The notes: generated by a model from the letters alone, not told the origin. Shown: positions 35,681 to 47,950, counted from the first letter of the stretch. The stretch: 64,000 nt of DNA from Hyphochytrium catenoides (GCA_900088475.1 FLMG01002622.1:124001-188000); one strand, 5' to 3'. Translations and numbers: made by a program.

Positions 35681-36111
35681 GATATAAAAACACCGGGAGA
35701 AAGATGGAAAAGAGAGAGAGAGAGAAAGACGGAAATCTAGCCAAGCCAGGGACCCAACGAACAGTTCCAGAAAAGGACAGAAGTAGGCAGACAGAGAGGG
35801 AAATCAGTAGCGGGCAAAACAAGAGAGAGGACGGGAAGGGGAGACAGAAAAGAGAGAGGAAATGTCAGCGCGACTCAATCGTTGTAAAATAGGGCTGGAT
35901 TATATATACTGGAGGCTCGCTTCAAGGTCCTCGTTGTTTCTCTCTCTCCCTCTCTCTCTCTCACACACTTATCACTACTGAACAGCAGTGAGGGACTACT
36001 TTCTGCTCTGTCTCTTTCGAGTTTATAACGTCCTTTCTCTCTCTCGTCGCTTTTATTTAGCTCCACTCCCTCTTCTCCTTTTCAAAAAGCAAGCTCTCTC
36101 TCTCTCTCTCT

Positions 36112-37377
36112 TCATTTCCCTTTTGCAGCAAGGTCCAAGGCATTCAACTCCTCTCTCAGCGCCTTCACTTTCTCACAGTGCGCCTCCAACAGCGGGTTCA
36201 TCACACGGAACCAAAGAGGAGGAAACACTGCCAGAAGAGCCATCCCCGAATAGCCCGTAGGGAGGTTAGGAGACTCATCAAACGAGCGGAGGATCTGATA
36301 TCGGCGGAGAGGATAAGAGTGATGATCTGAGTGCCTCTGGAGCTTGAAGAGGAAGAAGTTGGTTATCCGCATGTTCGCGTTCCACGAGTGAATCGGACGG
36401 ACTCTCTCCCACTGCCCATTCCGGAGCTTCTCTCTCTCTAGACCATAGTGTTCCACATAGTTAATCACTTCCAAGAGAGAGAAGCCAATGAAGCTCTGAA
36501 GAGCAAAGACAAGCGCAGCTGTGGATCCGAAGAGATAGCCTAGGGAGAGAGTGAGACAGAGTGGCGCTGCGGTATTGATAGTCATAGCGTTCTGCCAAGG
36601 GACATACGGATTCTTCCCCGTCTTTCTCAGTCTCTTCAGCTCTATCTCCCAGGCGCTGCGATAAGAACCGACCACGGTCTGCCACCAAAAGCCGTACAGC
36701 GTCTGGTTCTTCCTGGACGTGGCGGGGTCATTAGGCGTCCCCACATGCCAATGATGGCCGTGGACATGCTCGATCTGGAAGTGCATGTACGAGGAGAGAA
36801 GGAGACAGATCTTGGCTAAGAAAGGCTCAATGACCGTTCGCTTGTGCCCCAGCTCGTGCGCCACGTTAATCGATAGACCCGATGTGATTCCTAAGCCTAT
36901 GATTAACCCTGCAAGCTCGTTAATTGTTAACGGCGCCGTGGCCGCATAGTAGCAGCCTCCAAGTACGGTCGCGGCATGCACAAACGGCCAGAGAAAGGTT
37001 ACTAGCCGATAGCGAAGCTGTTTATCGAGGATTTTCTCTTGCTCAGGCGTAGGATTGAGCTCCAGAGTAGGGAGACAGAGGTCCAATAGAGGGACAATGC
37101 CAAAGGTCAAGACGAGAGGAAAGTAGTGCCACGCGCCGCCGAAGAGGATGCCAATGCCGCTGGTGATGGGCAGAAGATAGACAGCAAGATAAGGGAGAAC
37201 GCTAAAGTCATTGACGGTCTTGGCATAGTTAGAGACCGTAGAGAAAGGGGCGATGGGGCTTTTCCCCGCTCCGTCTTGGCCGTCAAGCGCCTCTTTCTTT
37301 CTATTTCCTAGCCCTGCGGCTCCACCGATGTGGCGTGGGACACCCGCGGAGAACGCCAGTGAAGAAGAAGCTGTCAT
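36112..37377 (-). CDS. alkB: Integral-membrane non-heme diiron alkane 1-monooxygenase (AlkB-type), intronless, 421 aa
   Basis: All four diagnostic His boxes are present: NVAHELGHK, EHVHGHH...VGTPNDPATSR, NYVEHYGL, LQRHSDHH. Also HSWN, SPNLPTGY, PPLWFRVMNP and multiple transmembrane segments. Confidence 0.96.
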   Translation of the reverse strand: MTASSSLAFSAGVPRHIGGAAGLGNRKKEALDGQDGAGKSPIAPFSTVSNYAKTVNDFSVLPYLAVYLLPITSGIGILFGGAWHYFPLVLTFGIVPLLDLCLPTLELNPTPEQEKILDKQLRYRLVTFLWPFVHAATVLGGCYYAATAPLTINELAGLIIGLGITSGLSINVAHELGHKRTVIEPFLAKICLLLSSYMHFQIEHVHGHHWHVGTPNDPATSRKNQTLYGFWWQTVVGSYRSAWEIELKRLRKTGKNPYVPWQNAMTINTAAPLCLTLSLGYLFGSTAALVFALQSFIGFSLLEVINYVEHYGLEREKLRNGQWERVRPIHSWNANMRITNFFLFKLQRHSDHHSYPLRRYQILRSFDESPNLPTGYSGMALLAVFPPLWFRVMNPLLEAHCEKVKALREELNALDLAAKGK

Positions 37378-38319
37378 CTGATGAGCTTGGTCCTTGAGTT
37401 GCGGAAGGAGACAGCGCAGGGAGGGATTGTGTCCTTCTCCTTCTTAACTTCTATGGCAAAGTTGGAGGATGGTCTATAGACGTATCGATGGCAAAGGTGT
37501 TTGTCCGGGAGCTGGAAATGTCAAAGTGAGAGAGAAGAGATCTGAAGCTTCCTGCAGCTCTGTCTCAGATCATTGAACATTGAAGTGGCCTCTCCTCGAC
37601 GCCGCTAACTAGCTCTTGGAAGCCCCTCCCGTCTCTTGTTCCACTTCTGCGGTGGAAGAGTGAGGTCAACTCTTTTGCCTTTCTCTTCTCCTTTCCTGTC
37701 TTTGACCGCGGACATCGACGATCAGGATCTTGCCACCTGGATGATGGAGAATTTGGGGCCGACCTAGGAAAGCTACTTGCCGTCTCACCGGCTACCGCCC
37801 CCGTGAGTTCTCTGTCCATTTCTCTTGTCCACCAGCTGCAGCTGCTGCGTCTACTTGCCCTTGAGTCGTGGATCATTCTGCAACTAAAGAAGAGAAGAGA
37901 AGAGAAGAGATAGATGGGAGGGCGAGAGAGAGAGAGAGAGAGACAGGGGAAGAGAGATAGATAGAAAGATAGATACTGTCCATTAGTAGATAGGTAGGTA
38001 GACAGATACCGAGTGAGCAAGGCAGGGAAGCGACAGAGAGATAGAAGGGGATGAAAGAGAGGAGAAAGAGAGGGAAGGAGAAAGAGAGAGAGAGAGTAAG
38101 AGAGAGAGAGAGAGAGAGAGAGTGAGAGAGAGNNNNNNNNNNNNNNNNNNNNNNNNNNNNNNNNNNNNNNNNNNNNNNNNNNNAGAACGAGAGAGAGAGA
38201 GAGAGAGGGAGAACGAGAGAGAAAACGAGAGAGAGAGAGAGAGAGAAAGAGAGGACATCCTCTCTGCCTGCTTCTCCCCGCTTTCCTTCCGTTCCCTGGC
38301 CATCCTTCCCTCCTCTTCT

Positions 38320-38392
38320 GGTTGGCCACAGTCTTATTATACTTAGCTTCTATTGGCTGTCATTTCTCTTAGGCTTTCCATGATTGGCTGAT
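38320..38392 (-). promoter_or_regulatory. Phased CCAAT boxes upstream of alkB
   Basis: Minus-strand CAGCCAATCA (ATTGG at 38383) and CAGCCAATAG (38352), plus a CCAAC variant (38321), each 31 bp apart. Confidence 0.5.
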
Positions 38393-38838
38393 CCTAGGGC
38401 TACTGGTCAAGTGAAGGCTAAGAATGGCTACTGGCAATAATATGCATCCACCGCCAAGGGCTAAATTAGGCAAAAACAGGCAAAAACAATGAGGTGAGGG
38501 AAGTAGTAGTATTTTGCTACTTGCTTCACGGCGGCTCCCACCCAACGTGACACAACCTAAAATAGTACGCGGATATGGTCTAAAATATAACCATAAAACA
38601 TAGTAGCGAGGAATGGTAATGAGTGAACTGTGTTCAACAGCACGTCGGAACCAGATTTGACGTGACTGCCATCCGAATTTTGGTCCTGCAACTCTCGGGT
38701 GAGACATCACCGAGTGCGCCAGATTTTGAATATGCCTGAAATATGTTCCTGATAGTTTCCAGTTTTCTGCAAATATACTGGTATGGACGGCAGGAGATAA
38801 AGAGCAAAGGACAGAGAGAGAGAAAGGGAGAGAGAGAG

Positions 38839-38905
<67 letters not shown>

Positions 38906-39912
38906 AGAGCCGGCAAAAGCGGAAGGGATATGACTGACGGATGGAGGGACAGAAGTGTAACAGAGAGAAGACAGATTGATGGAGAGAGAGAAGAGGAGGC
39001 GGGTGATCGAGAGAGAGAGAGAGAGAGAGACAAAAAGACAAAGAGAGAGAGGGAGTCCGACGAAAGAGAAAGCGAGACAGAGAACACTTGAGAAGGGTGA
39101 AAAGAGAGAAACAAAGAGAGAGGGAGAGAAAAACCAAAGAGTGGGAGGCTAAAGAAAAGAGGAAGAAAGAGGACAGCAACAAGAGAGAAGAGGGAAATGA
39201 AAAGCAAAGTCCACAGAAAGAGAAGAGCAGAGAAAGAGAGAAGAGAGCAGGTCCCTTGTGGATCGTCATGTCTTCCTTAATATGAAGAGGAGAGAGAGAA
39301 GAGAAAGGAGAACAAGAGAGAAGACACTCTCCTGGCAATCTACAGAATGACGATGCTTCATTCGCCGTTCTCTTCTGGACTTATCTCCCCGTCCTCTCTA
39401 CTCCTTTCTCTCCCCCCGTTTATTTGTCACAGGTTGCCTCTCCTGTCTTCAGACCTCCGTTGTCCATTCAAGGAAGCTCCTAGCTTCTCCTTCTTCCTTG
39501 CACGAGCCCTGTGGTGCCTTTCTTAGTCTCCCCCAGTCTCTCCTCTCCTTCCCTCTTCCCTTTATTCTTTCTCTGTCTCTCCTTTCCCATTAGAAGAGAG
39601 AGAAGGAAAGCAGGAGCCCTAGATTTATCGCTGATGACATCACTGTCACACGGTCATGACGTCTATAGAAGAGGCGGTGTATTTGAGCGTGGAATCCATC
39701 TATTTATAAGAGAGAGAGAGAGAGAGACAGAGGAGGCGAGAGACAGAGAGAGATGAAGAAGACTCTAGGAGGAGCATGGATGTATACATCTTAGCCAATA
39801 GATAAGGGTGTCCGTCTCTCCTTTCCTCCCTCACTACTCTCCCTGTCTTTCTCTCTCTCTCTATCAGAGCTCTCTCTCCCCATTATTCTCCTTATTAGCT
39901 CTAAGAAAACGC

Positions 39913-40856
39913 TTATAGCATGGGGATAGGGGAAGTCGAGGAAGAAAGTTCGTATGTCTCTTCCTCTTCCTTCTTTCCTCTTCGAATTGGTGCTGTCTCT
40001 TCTTCTTCTTCTACTTCCACAGCGTGCTGAAGCCATCCTGGAGGCAGAGGAGTAAGGTCCTCAGTGTAGACCAGAGAAGATGACGTGTGGGTGCCTCTTC
40101 TTCCGTTTGAAAGAAGAGACGAAGACGACACTTTTCTCTTTTGGTCTCTGGGATCAGTTCCCTTTCTTCCTGCTTCGTCTCCCTCTTTCTCTTCTTCAAT
40201 CAGAAACGTTAGCCGGTAGGCAGTGCTGTCTCTCTCTCCTACTCCGTGCTGAGTATAGGAGACAGACCTCGCGAGGAGAGGACGAGGAGGAGAGAGTGCT
40301 CTTGGGGGAGACTTTTCCAATGTTGAGCTGTAGAAGTCTTCGTACTTGTTATCCTCGCTCTGATTATGATCCTGCTACAAGAGAGTCGAGAAGGGGGAGA
40401 ATAAGAGCGGGAGAGAAAGAGAGAGAAAGACAGAAAGAGGGAGAGAAGGAGAGAAAGGGGACAAGAGTGAGAGAAGAATCCTTAGCGTTGGCGGTTCGGA
40501 ACTCTAGAGAGTCCAATATTCTTTCTCTCTTGAGGAGAAAAGTGGATAGGAAAGAGAGAGACAGGTAGCATGCATGGAAAAAGCAAGGACACGATAGAGA
40601 CGAGAGGGAAAAAAAAGCTCACGGTATAGAAGACAAAGGCGATTGAACAAAAGAGAGAGAGAGAAAGAGATTCAGAGATTCAGAGAGAGAGAGATCACGA
40701 ACATACCAGCGTCGTGGAGGCCGTGAGCTTTGTTGCGGTCCTGGAGAACACTGCCTTTGCTTTAGAAGAGGCATCCCAACATTGAGAAACATTGACACCG
40801 AATATCAGCGTCACCATCAGCTGCGGGACGGAGGATTCAACGGTTTGGAGAGAGAG

Positions 40857-40898
<42 letters not shown>

Positions 40899-42046
40899 TG
40901 TGAGATTGTGATTGTCAGCAGTTGATGATCTTTTAGCGCTCTAGTTGCAGAGACAGCCCCGTCCAGAGGCAAAGATTGAAGAGGTAGAACCTCAGAGGAT
41001 TCCTCTCCGGGAAGACCTTTCTCCTTCAAATATCTCTTCACCCGCTTCTCTTCTCTGCATTGCCCTTCCTTTCTCTTGTTGTCCACTTAATGGTCCTCTC
41101 TCTCTCGGTCTCTCTCCCCTATCCTCCGCATCTCTTCTCTCGTTTCTTACCCCGTTAGCCGCGATGCTGATATTGGTGACGGTGCAGTAGAGGTAGGCAG
41201 TCCGTCGGACGTAGGAGAGAGACTGCGGCCTGAACTCTGCCAAGACAGAGCTCAGAGCGTAGAGCCATGTCCAAGCCATAAACCACACGAGATACACTGT
41301 GAAACTAAGAACCTAAGGGCAAAGGGAGTTAGATATTTCCTCTTTCTCTCTGGGGTTTCTCACTCTCTCTCGTCCTCCCTCATACGCTTCCCTCCTCTCC
41401 TCCTATCGCGCCACCACTTTAGCTATGAGAGCCGAGAGGCTTGTAAGAGTATGTGCCGTCTCTCTTCTTTTCTTTCTCTTCTTCTTCCTTTTCTTCTCTC
41501 CCTTTCTCTCTCTCTCTCTCTCTCCTCTTTGTCCCTTTACTTCCTTCTTCTCAAAGTGCAGGAAACAGGAAAAGGCCAAATCAAGCTGACTCTTTACCTG
41601 GACGACATAGGTCCGTTGTACGTTCTTAAGGGCTCTTTCTCTCTCTCTTCTCTCCCTTTCTCCTCTTTCCAAGGCGCCTCCTTCATCTTCCAAGCCGCCA
41701 CTCTTTCTGTTATGCTTGTTTCCTCGCTTGGTGATGGGAGAGGTGGCAAGCAGGACGCGAAGAGTGCGGAAGGCAAAGTAGAAGCCACCAATGAAGAGTA
41801 AAGGATAGAGAGAGTAGAGAATGGAGAATCTAGAGGAACCCAAGAAAAGAGAGAGAGAAAGAGAGAGAGAGAGTGAGAGAGAGAGCAATGGAAGTAGAGC
41901 AAGTGAGGTAGAGAAAAACCAAAACGAAAGTGGGACAAGTAGGGAAGAGAAGAGAGAGAAAAATTAGCCCGGACACGTGGCTGGAGGGGAGGGAGCCGGT
42001 TCCATGCACTCCCTGCTCATAAATTACCCTCCATCCCCTCTCCCCC

Positions 42047-42097
<51 letters not shown>

Positions 42098-42127
42098 TCT
42101 CTCTNNNNNNNNNNNNNNNNNNNNNNN

Positions 42128-42179
<52 letters not shown>

Positions 42180-42429
42180 ACCTGAGAATTACGTCCTTCT
42201 CGGGTAGAAAGCAAGAGAAAGCGAGAGGAAGAGGTCCAAGTCTCCCAGCAAAGAGGAGACTGAGAGCAGAAAGGAAAGGATAGGCGAAAGAGACAAGGTA
42301 ATAACATAGAGCTTGACGGCGGACTCGCGCCAGTGGAACCTGCAACACGACAATCTAGACGGGGTAAAAGAGAGAGGAGAGAGATGAAAAGGGAGAAAGA
42401 GAGAGAGAGAGAGAGAAGAGAGGATAATA

Positions 42430-42460
<31 letters not shown>

Positions 42461-42824
42461 ACGAGGTGACAAGTCAAGATAAGTATGTGACATGGTGGAG
42501 AGAGAACAAAAAAAGAGAAAGGTTAGAAGAGAGTTGACGACGATGAATGAGCAGCACAGAGGCTGCGTAAGTAGTATAAGGGGTAAAGCGGGAGAGAGAG
42601 GTAGTAGCTGCCAACTGCCTACCGAGGACGGAGGTGGAACATAGAAAAGGAAAGAGACTCCAGAGATGAAAGCTACATACGAACAGAGAAGAGGAAGCCA
42701 AGAGAGAAGAAGAGAGAAAGAGAGGGAGGGCGTGAGGGGAGACGGAGAGAGAAAAATGTACATGAAGCGAGAGAGAGAGAAAGAGGGCGTGAGTAGGAGA
42801 GACGGAGAGAGGAAAATGTACATA

Positions 42825-42856
<32 letters not shown>

Positions 42857-43077
42857 AAAGAGAGAGGGACAGAAGAAAGAGGAAGAGAACCTGGTAGAGC
42901 ACGACCAGTACTCCGAACCATTGGGTGAGAAGTGCTGCACCGGCGAATTGAAAGGTAAAGCCTTGCGCGGCACAGAGGCCAGAGAAGTCGGGGAGGAATA
43001 TCTTCAGCTCACTCATGGAAGTCAAACCGAGAGAAAGACTCCAGACCAGCGACGTTAGCCTGTGAAACGATGAGGGG

Positions 43078-43129
<52 letters not shown>

Positions 43130-43479
43130 AGAGAGAGAAAAACAAGAGAAGAGAAAGCAAGAGGTAAGAGAGACCATAACCTTTTCTTCATTCAGGTACG
43201 AGGAGAGGGAGAGAGAGGGAAAAGGAACCTATATTCTATGGTTGGACGAGCTGAGGATAGCAGCAAGCGACAATAGGAAGAGGGAAAGAGAGAACTAACT
43301 GGAAGTCAATGAGAGGCACATTACTCAGAACTGAACAGAGAGACACACACAGAGAGAAGAGAGAGAGAGAGAGAGNNNNNNNNNNNNNNNNNNNNNNNNN
43401 NNNNNNNNNNNNNNNNNNNNNNNNNNNNNNNNNNNNNGAGAGAGAGAGAGAGAGAGAGAGAAGAGAGAGAAGAGAGAGA

Positions 43480-43525
<46 letters not shown>

Positions 43526-44140
43526 GAAGAAGAGAGGAATAGGCGACGTACGCGTAGACAGTAATCTGGTTGTCAGGGAATCGACGCAGCTCTTTGTTCG
43601 TAAGCCGTAAACAGATCAGCGCAATCACGCTGCGAGAGAAAGAGAGAAAAGAGTGTTGGTTGATTGAAGGTGAGACCATGACAAAACAGAGAAAGAGAGA
43701 GACTCGTAACGAGGAGGAGGAGGAAAGAAGGAGAAAAGCAGGGAAGAAAAAGAGAGAAGACGCCAAGAGTGGTTTTCGAGAAAGAAGAGAGAGAGAGAGA
43801 CGCAAAGAGAGAGAAAAGTGAGCTTCAAGTGAGGGCGATAACAGGAGAACCTGGCAAAGATCAAGAGACTCTACGGCAGAACAAAGAGAAAGACTAACCC
43901 CAAAAATGGGATCCGTGACAAAGGAGAGAGACAGAGAGAGAGACATCTGGAGAGGTCCAGTAAGTAAGGAAGAGAGAGAGAGAGCAACCTGGCGACTGAT
44001 ATCCATGTGATGACAGCTTGAGGCGTTCTAACGTCCGCAATGCAGGTCTGAATCTCTTCCTGAATCTCTCTCAGTAGCTGAATCTGAGAGGGAGAGAGAG
44101 AGGAAGAGACCGGAAGAGAGAGAGAGGGAGAAGAGGCCAT
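39913..44140 (-). CDS. Seven-transmembrane receptor-like protein (Frizzled/Smoothened-like or cAMP-receptor-like GPCR) with long low-complexity C-tail, multi-exon
   Basis: Approximate exons 44140-43991, 43630-43545, 43040-42892, 42357-42183, 41829-41599, 41297-41151, 40845-40707, 40530-40465, 40375-39913. Motifs: ELRRFPDNQIT (loop 1), GLCAAQGFTFQFAGAALLTQWFGVLVVLY (TM3), YYLVSFAYPFLS (TM4), FSCFL (ECL2 Cys), LYPLLFIGGFYFAF (TM5), VYLVWFMAWTWLY (TM6), SSVPQLMVTLIFG (TM7). Confidence 0.72.
42722..42845 (+). repeat. Intronic ~60-bp tandem duplication (2 copies)
   Basis: AGGGCGTGAG...GAGACGGAGAGAG.AAAATGTACAT.AAGCGAGA occurs twice in succession. Confidence 0.8.
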
Positions 44141-44515
44141 CGTGACAGGAGGCAGCGAAGAGAGAAAGGTACAGGAGACAAACGATAAATAAAAAAAGAA
44201 CGAAAAGAGAGAAGAGAGAGGAGTCTCTTCCCCGTGACAGACAGAAAAATTGAAGAGATCACGTAAGAGAGACAACCAGTCTCTTCTCTCTTAGCCTCTC
44301 ATGGCAGCTCAGGAGGAGGAAGAGTCAGGAGAAGATGCTATTTCGTTCTCTGTGTTTTAGAGATCAGAGAAACGTTCACATGGAAGAGAAACAGGGAAAG
44401 AGAGAGAACAAGAGAGACTAACGTCCTCACTTGAGGGCAGGAAGTGAGCTCTAGCGGAGAATAGAGACAGAGAGAGGTTGAGCGGGCGACGACGGCAGAC
44501 GAAGACCGAAGAGAC

Positions 44516-44546
<31 letters not shown>

Positions 44547-44735
44547 AAAGAGAGAGATAGAGAGATGATATCAGAAGACATCATGGGAGAAAAGTTCAAT
44601 GCATAGGATAAAGCGAGGTGGCCACAAGCAGGATGATGCAGTCGTGAAAGGGGGAGCTCTTTCTCACCCTCTCTCTCTCCTCTCTCTCCCTCTCTCTCCC
44701 TCCCTCTGTCTCTCTCTCTCTCCTCTCTCTCCCTC

Positions 44736-44772
<37 letters not shown>

Positions 44773-45444
44773 TTGTCTCCCTCTTCTCACCTCTACGTTG
44801 TCACAATCATTACTCGTGAGCTCAACTGCTTTCTTCTTTCCTCTCTCTTCTTCCTCTGTTTCCCCCTCTTCCTGTCCACGCTTCTTATCTTTCCCTTCTT
44901 ACCGTCTCTCTCCCATCATCGTACTTATTATCTGCGTGCTATTTGACTATAATTTTTTCTCTCTCTTTCTCTCTCTCTTTCTCTTCTCTCTCTTTCTCCC
45001 TCTCTCTCTTCAGCTCCTCTTGAAGTCGAGCTGTGTGCGGTCAGACAACAGCAAGCATCAGAATGGCTAGGACATTGTGTGTATGGGACGAAAAGGTAGG
45101 ACTCATAACGATTTCTCAGCCTAACATCTCTTCTAGCATTCTGTCTGTCTCTTTCCCTCCTTTCCTCTCTCTCTTCTTCAGCCGTCCCTGTTCATCCTCT
45201 GTTGTCTCCTCTCTCTCTCTTCTCTCTCTCCTGCTGTGTGTATCTGTGTACGACCTTCTCTCCAGCATCATGATCCACTTGACGTCGTCATTAGAGCATG
45301 TCTGCCATCAATCAGATCGCCACATCTTGCTCTCTCTCTCATCTCTCTTCCCTCTTTCTCTATTCCTCTCTCTTTCTCTCTCTGTCCCCGACCCAAACAA
45401 TGTGGAATAAGGCCAAACCATGCAATGTGCTGTTCTTAGGTTTG

Positions 45445-45489
<45 letters not shown>

Positions 45490-46001
45490 CGACAGTCAAC
45501 ACTAGAAAAGCTGTAGGGACACTGGACAGGTTAGACTGGCAGCCTGTGGCTGAGAAGAGAAAGAGTGAACTAGACAGAGAAACAAGTGTCGAGGAATATT
45601 CTAAGATAAACTATAAAAAACTAGAATGGGAGAGAGACAGAGTGACAGAGAGAGATAAACAAGCGACAAAGAAATAGAGAGAAAAGGGGAACGAAAGAGA
45701 AGGGAGAAACAGTAAACAGAGGCAAGAAGAGATATAGGCAGAACAGTTGAAATAGAGAAGAAAGAGCATTAATAGATGAGAGAAAGAGAGGAAAAGAGAT
45801 ATTTGGTAGTTAAAGATCACCCAGAAAACGCTCCAAGCCCGTCCCCCGTCCCCCTTCTCCATTATCCTGAGAAACATACCAATTCTTCAGAGCTCTTCTT
45901 TTATCCTGAATGTGGAGAGGATGGGATAAACTTGGCAGTAACGGCTTCTGAGTGACATGCATGTAACGGTAGTTGGTCCTGTAGAAGAGCGCTTGCCCTT
46001 T

Positions 46002-46066
<65 letters not shown>

Positions 46067-46162
46067 CTATTGCTTCTCAATCTCTTTGTTCTCTCTCCTT
46101 TTCCCATCTCTCTCACTCTCTCTCTCCTCTCTTTCTTCTCTCTTAGTTCTCTCTCTCTCTCT

Positions 46163-46207
<45 letters not shown>

Positions 46208-46529
46208 TCACTTTTTTTGTTCTCTCTCTCTCTCTTTGTTCTCTCCCTTTGTGTTTTCTCTCTCTCTCTCTCTTTTCTTTTTCTCTTCCAAGAGAGCTCT
46301 TCTGTTCCTGAAGGCTTATTATCGTTGCTCGCATCCTTTTCACTCTCAATAGACGGGAGCTGTGTTCGTCTCTATGAATATATTACTTCGTAAGTAAACC
46401 CTCTTTTTTTCTCTCTTCTTTTGATTGCTCTCTGTCCTGCCCTGTCCTGTCCTTCCTCTCTCTTCTCTCTCTTTCTCTCTCTTTCTCTCTCTCTCTCTCT
46501 CTGTCTCTCTGTGTCTCTCTCTCTGTCTC

Positions 46530-46578
<49 letters not shown>

Positions 46579-46582
46579 CTAT

Positions 46583-47021
46583 CTATCTATCTGTCAGAAA
46601 CTCATTCCCCCTCTCGTCCCCTCCTCTTCTCTCTACAAGGGCCTCTTCAGCAACTTTGTGAGGGATTGAGCCTACATCATCCATGGCCAGCACCAGCCAA
46701 GCAGTTCCTATGACTTCGTGCTGCTGGCTCTCAATTATAATCCCTCTCTCTTCTCGGCTCTCTCCTAACAAGGCCCCGTCCATTGCCATAGCTGCTTGCC
46801 TTTCCTCTAACAGGCCAAAGAAAGGACCTCTCTCTTCTATGATCACATCGTAAACGCTGCGTCTCTTTCTCTTCCTCTATCATCGGTGCCTTCTTGCTCT
46901 TTGAGTACGGCTTCTCTTCATCAGTTCTGACTCTTTCAGCCTCAAAGAGTCCCGTCTTTTTTGATGTTTGCGCCACAGCGGCTACAGCTCTGTCCCTTCT
47001 CCTCGCTGTCTCATTTTGAGC

Positions 47022-47056
<35 letters not shown>

Positions 47057-47471
47057 TCTTTCTGTCACACATTTTCCTCTCTCTCTTAGTCACAACATGA
47101 TGCACTTTCCTCTTCGTCTCCACTTCCTCTGCTTCCAGGTTCATAGTTAATTCCCTCGGGCCCTCACGTGCTATTTCTCTCTCTCTCTCTCTGTCTCTTT
47201 CTCTCTCTATACTCTCCCTCCATACCTGGCATCTCACATGGGCAAAGTCCGTGGGAGAGAGAGAGAGACGACAGAGATATCTTACAGAGCCAACGGATTG
47301 CATTCAGCATTTCTCCTCTACAGACCCGGACCGGGGATTGGTGGTGGCCTCAAAAGTGTTGCGCCACATTCATTCCCTTGTTGTTTCCCCTCTTCTGCTT
47401 CTCTCTCATATCTTCTGATTGTAAATTGTCCCTTGCTGCTGTTAGTTCCTCTGCTAAGGACCCCCCCTCCA

Positions 47472-47507
<36 letters not shown>

Positions 47508-47586
47508 CCTCTCTCTCTCTCTCTGTCTGTCTCTGTCTCTGTCTCTCGCTCTCGCTCTCTCTCTTTCTCTCTCTCTCTCTCTCCCT

Positions 47587-47649
<63 letters not shown>

Positions 47650-47950
47650 AATCTCCTCTTTCCGCTGTCTCTCTCTCTCTTCTGATGAGCTTCGCTCTCT
47701 CTCTCGTGCTTTCGGTCTCTCTTCCTCCCTCCTCTCTTCTCGAATCCTCTGCCACGCTTCTCTCACCACCTCATTCATGTGGCGCAAAACCCCCGACATC
47801 AACTGCTGTTTTAAAGAAGTTCAGCAGCAACAGCCTCTACTCAGTTCTCTCTCTCCATCTTCTTGCCCCGTTACGTTTTTTTCTATCTTCGTCGTCTTCT
47901 TCTGTTACCTCATGAACCTGCCATCACAACTATCGACGAACAACATACCT
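46583..47950 (-). pseudogene. Possible degenerate gene fragment
   Basis: Protein-like stretches (QQLMSGVLRHMNEVVREAWQRIREE; AVAAVAQTSKKTGLFEAERVRTDEEKPY; IIEERGPFFGLLEERQAAMAMDGALL) lie in different frames and are separated by stops. No family recognised. Confidence 0.22.

Noticed and set aside
36112-37377. alkB as bacterial contamination, or as the DNA-repair dioxygenase AlkB
   Set aside because: The gene is flanked continuously by host-type microsatellite with no operon neighbours. Its His-box motifs are those of the membrane diiron alkane hydroxylase, not the 2-oxoglutarate-Fe(II) repair enzyme.
33900-37500. Harbinger-type transposon carrying the Myb-like gene and alkB
   Set aside because: No DDE transposase ORF, terminal inverted repeats or target-site duplication could be seen.
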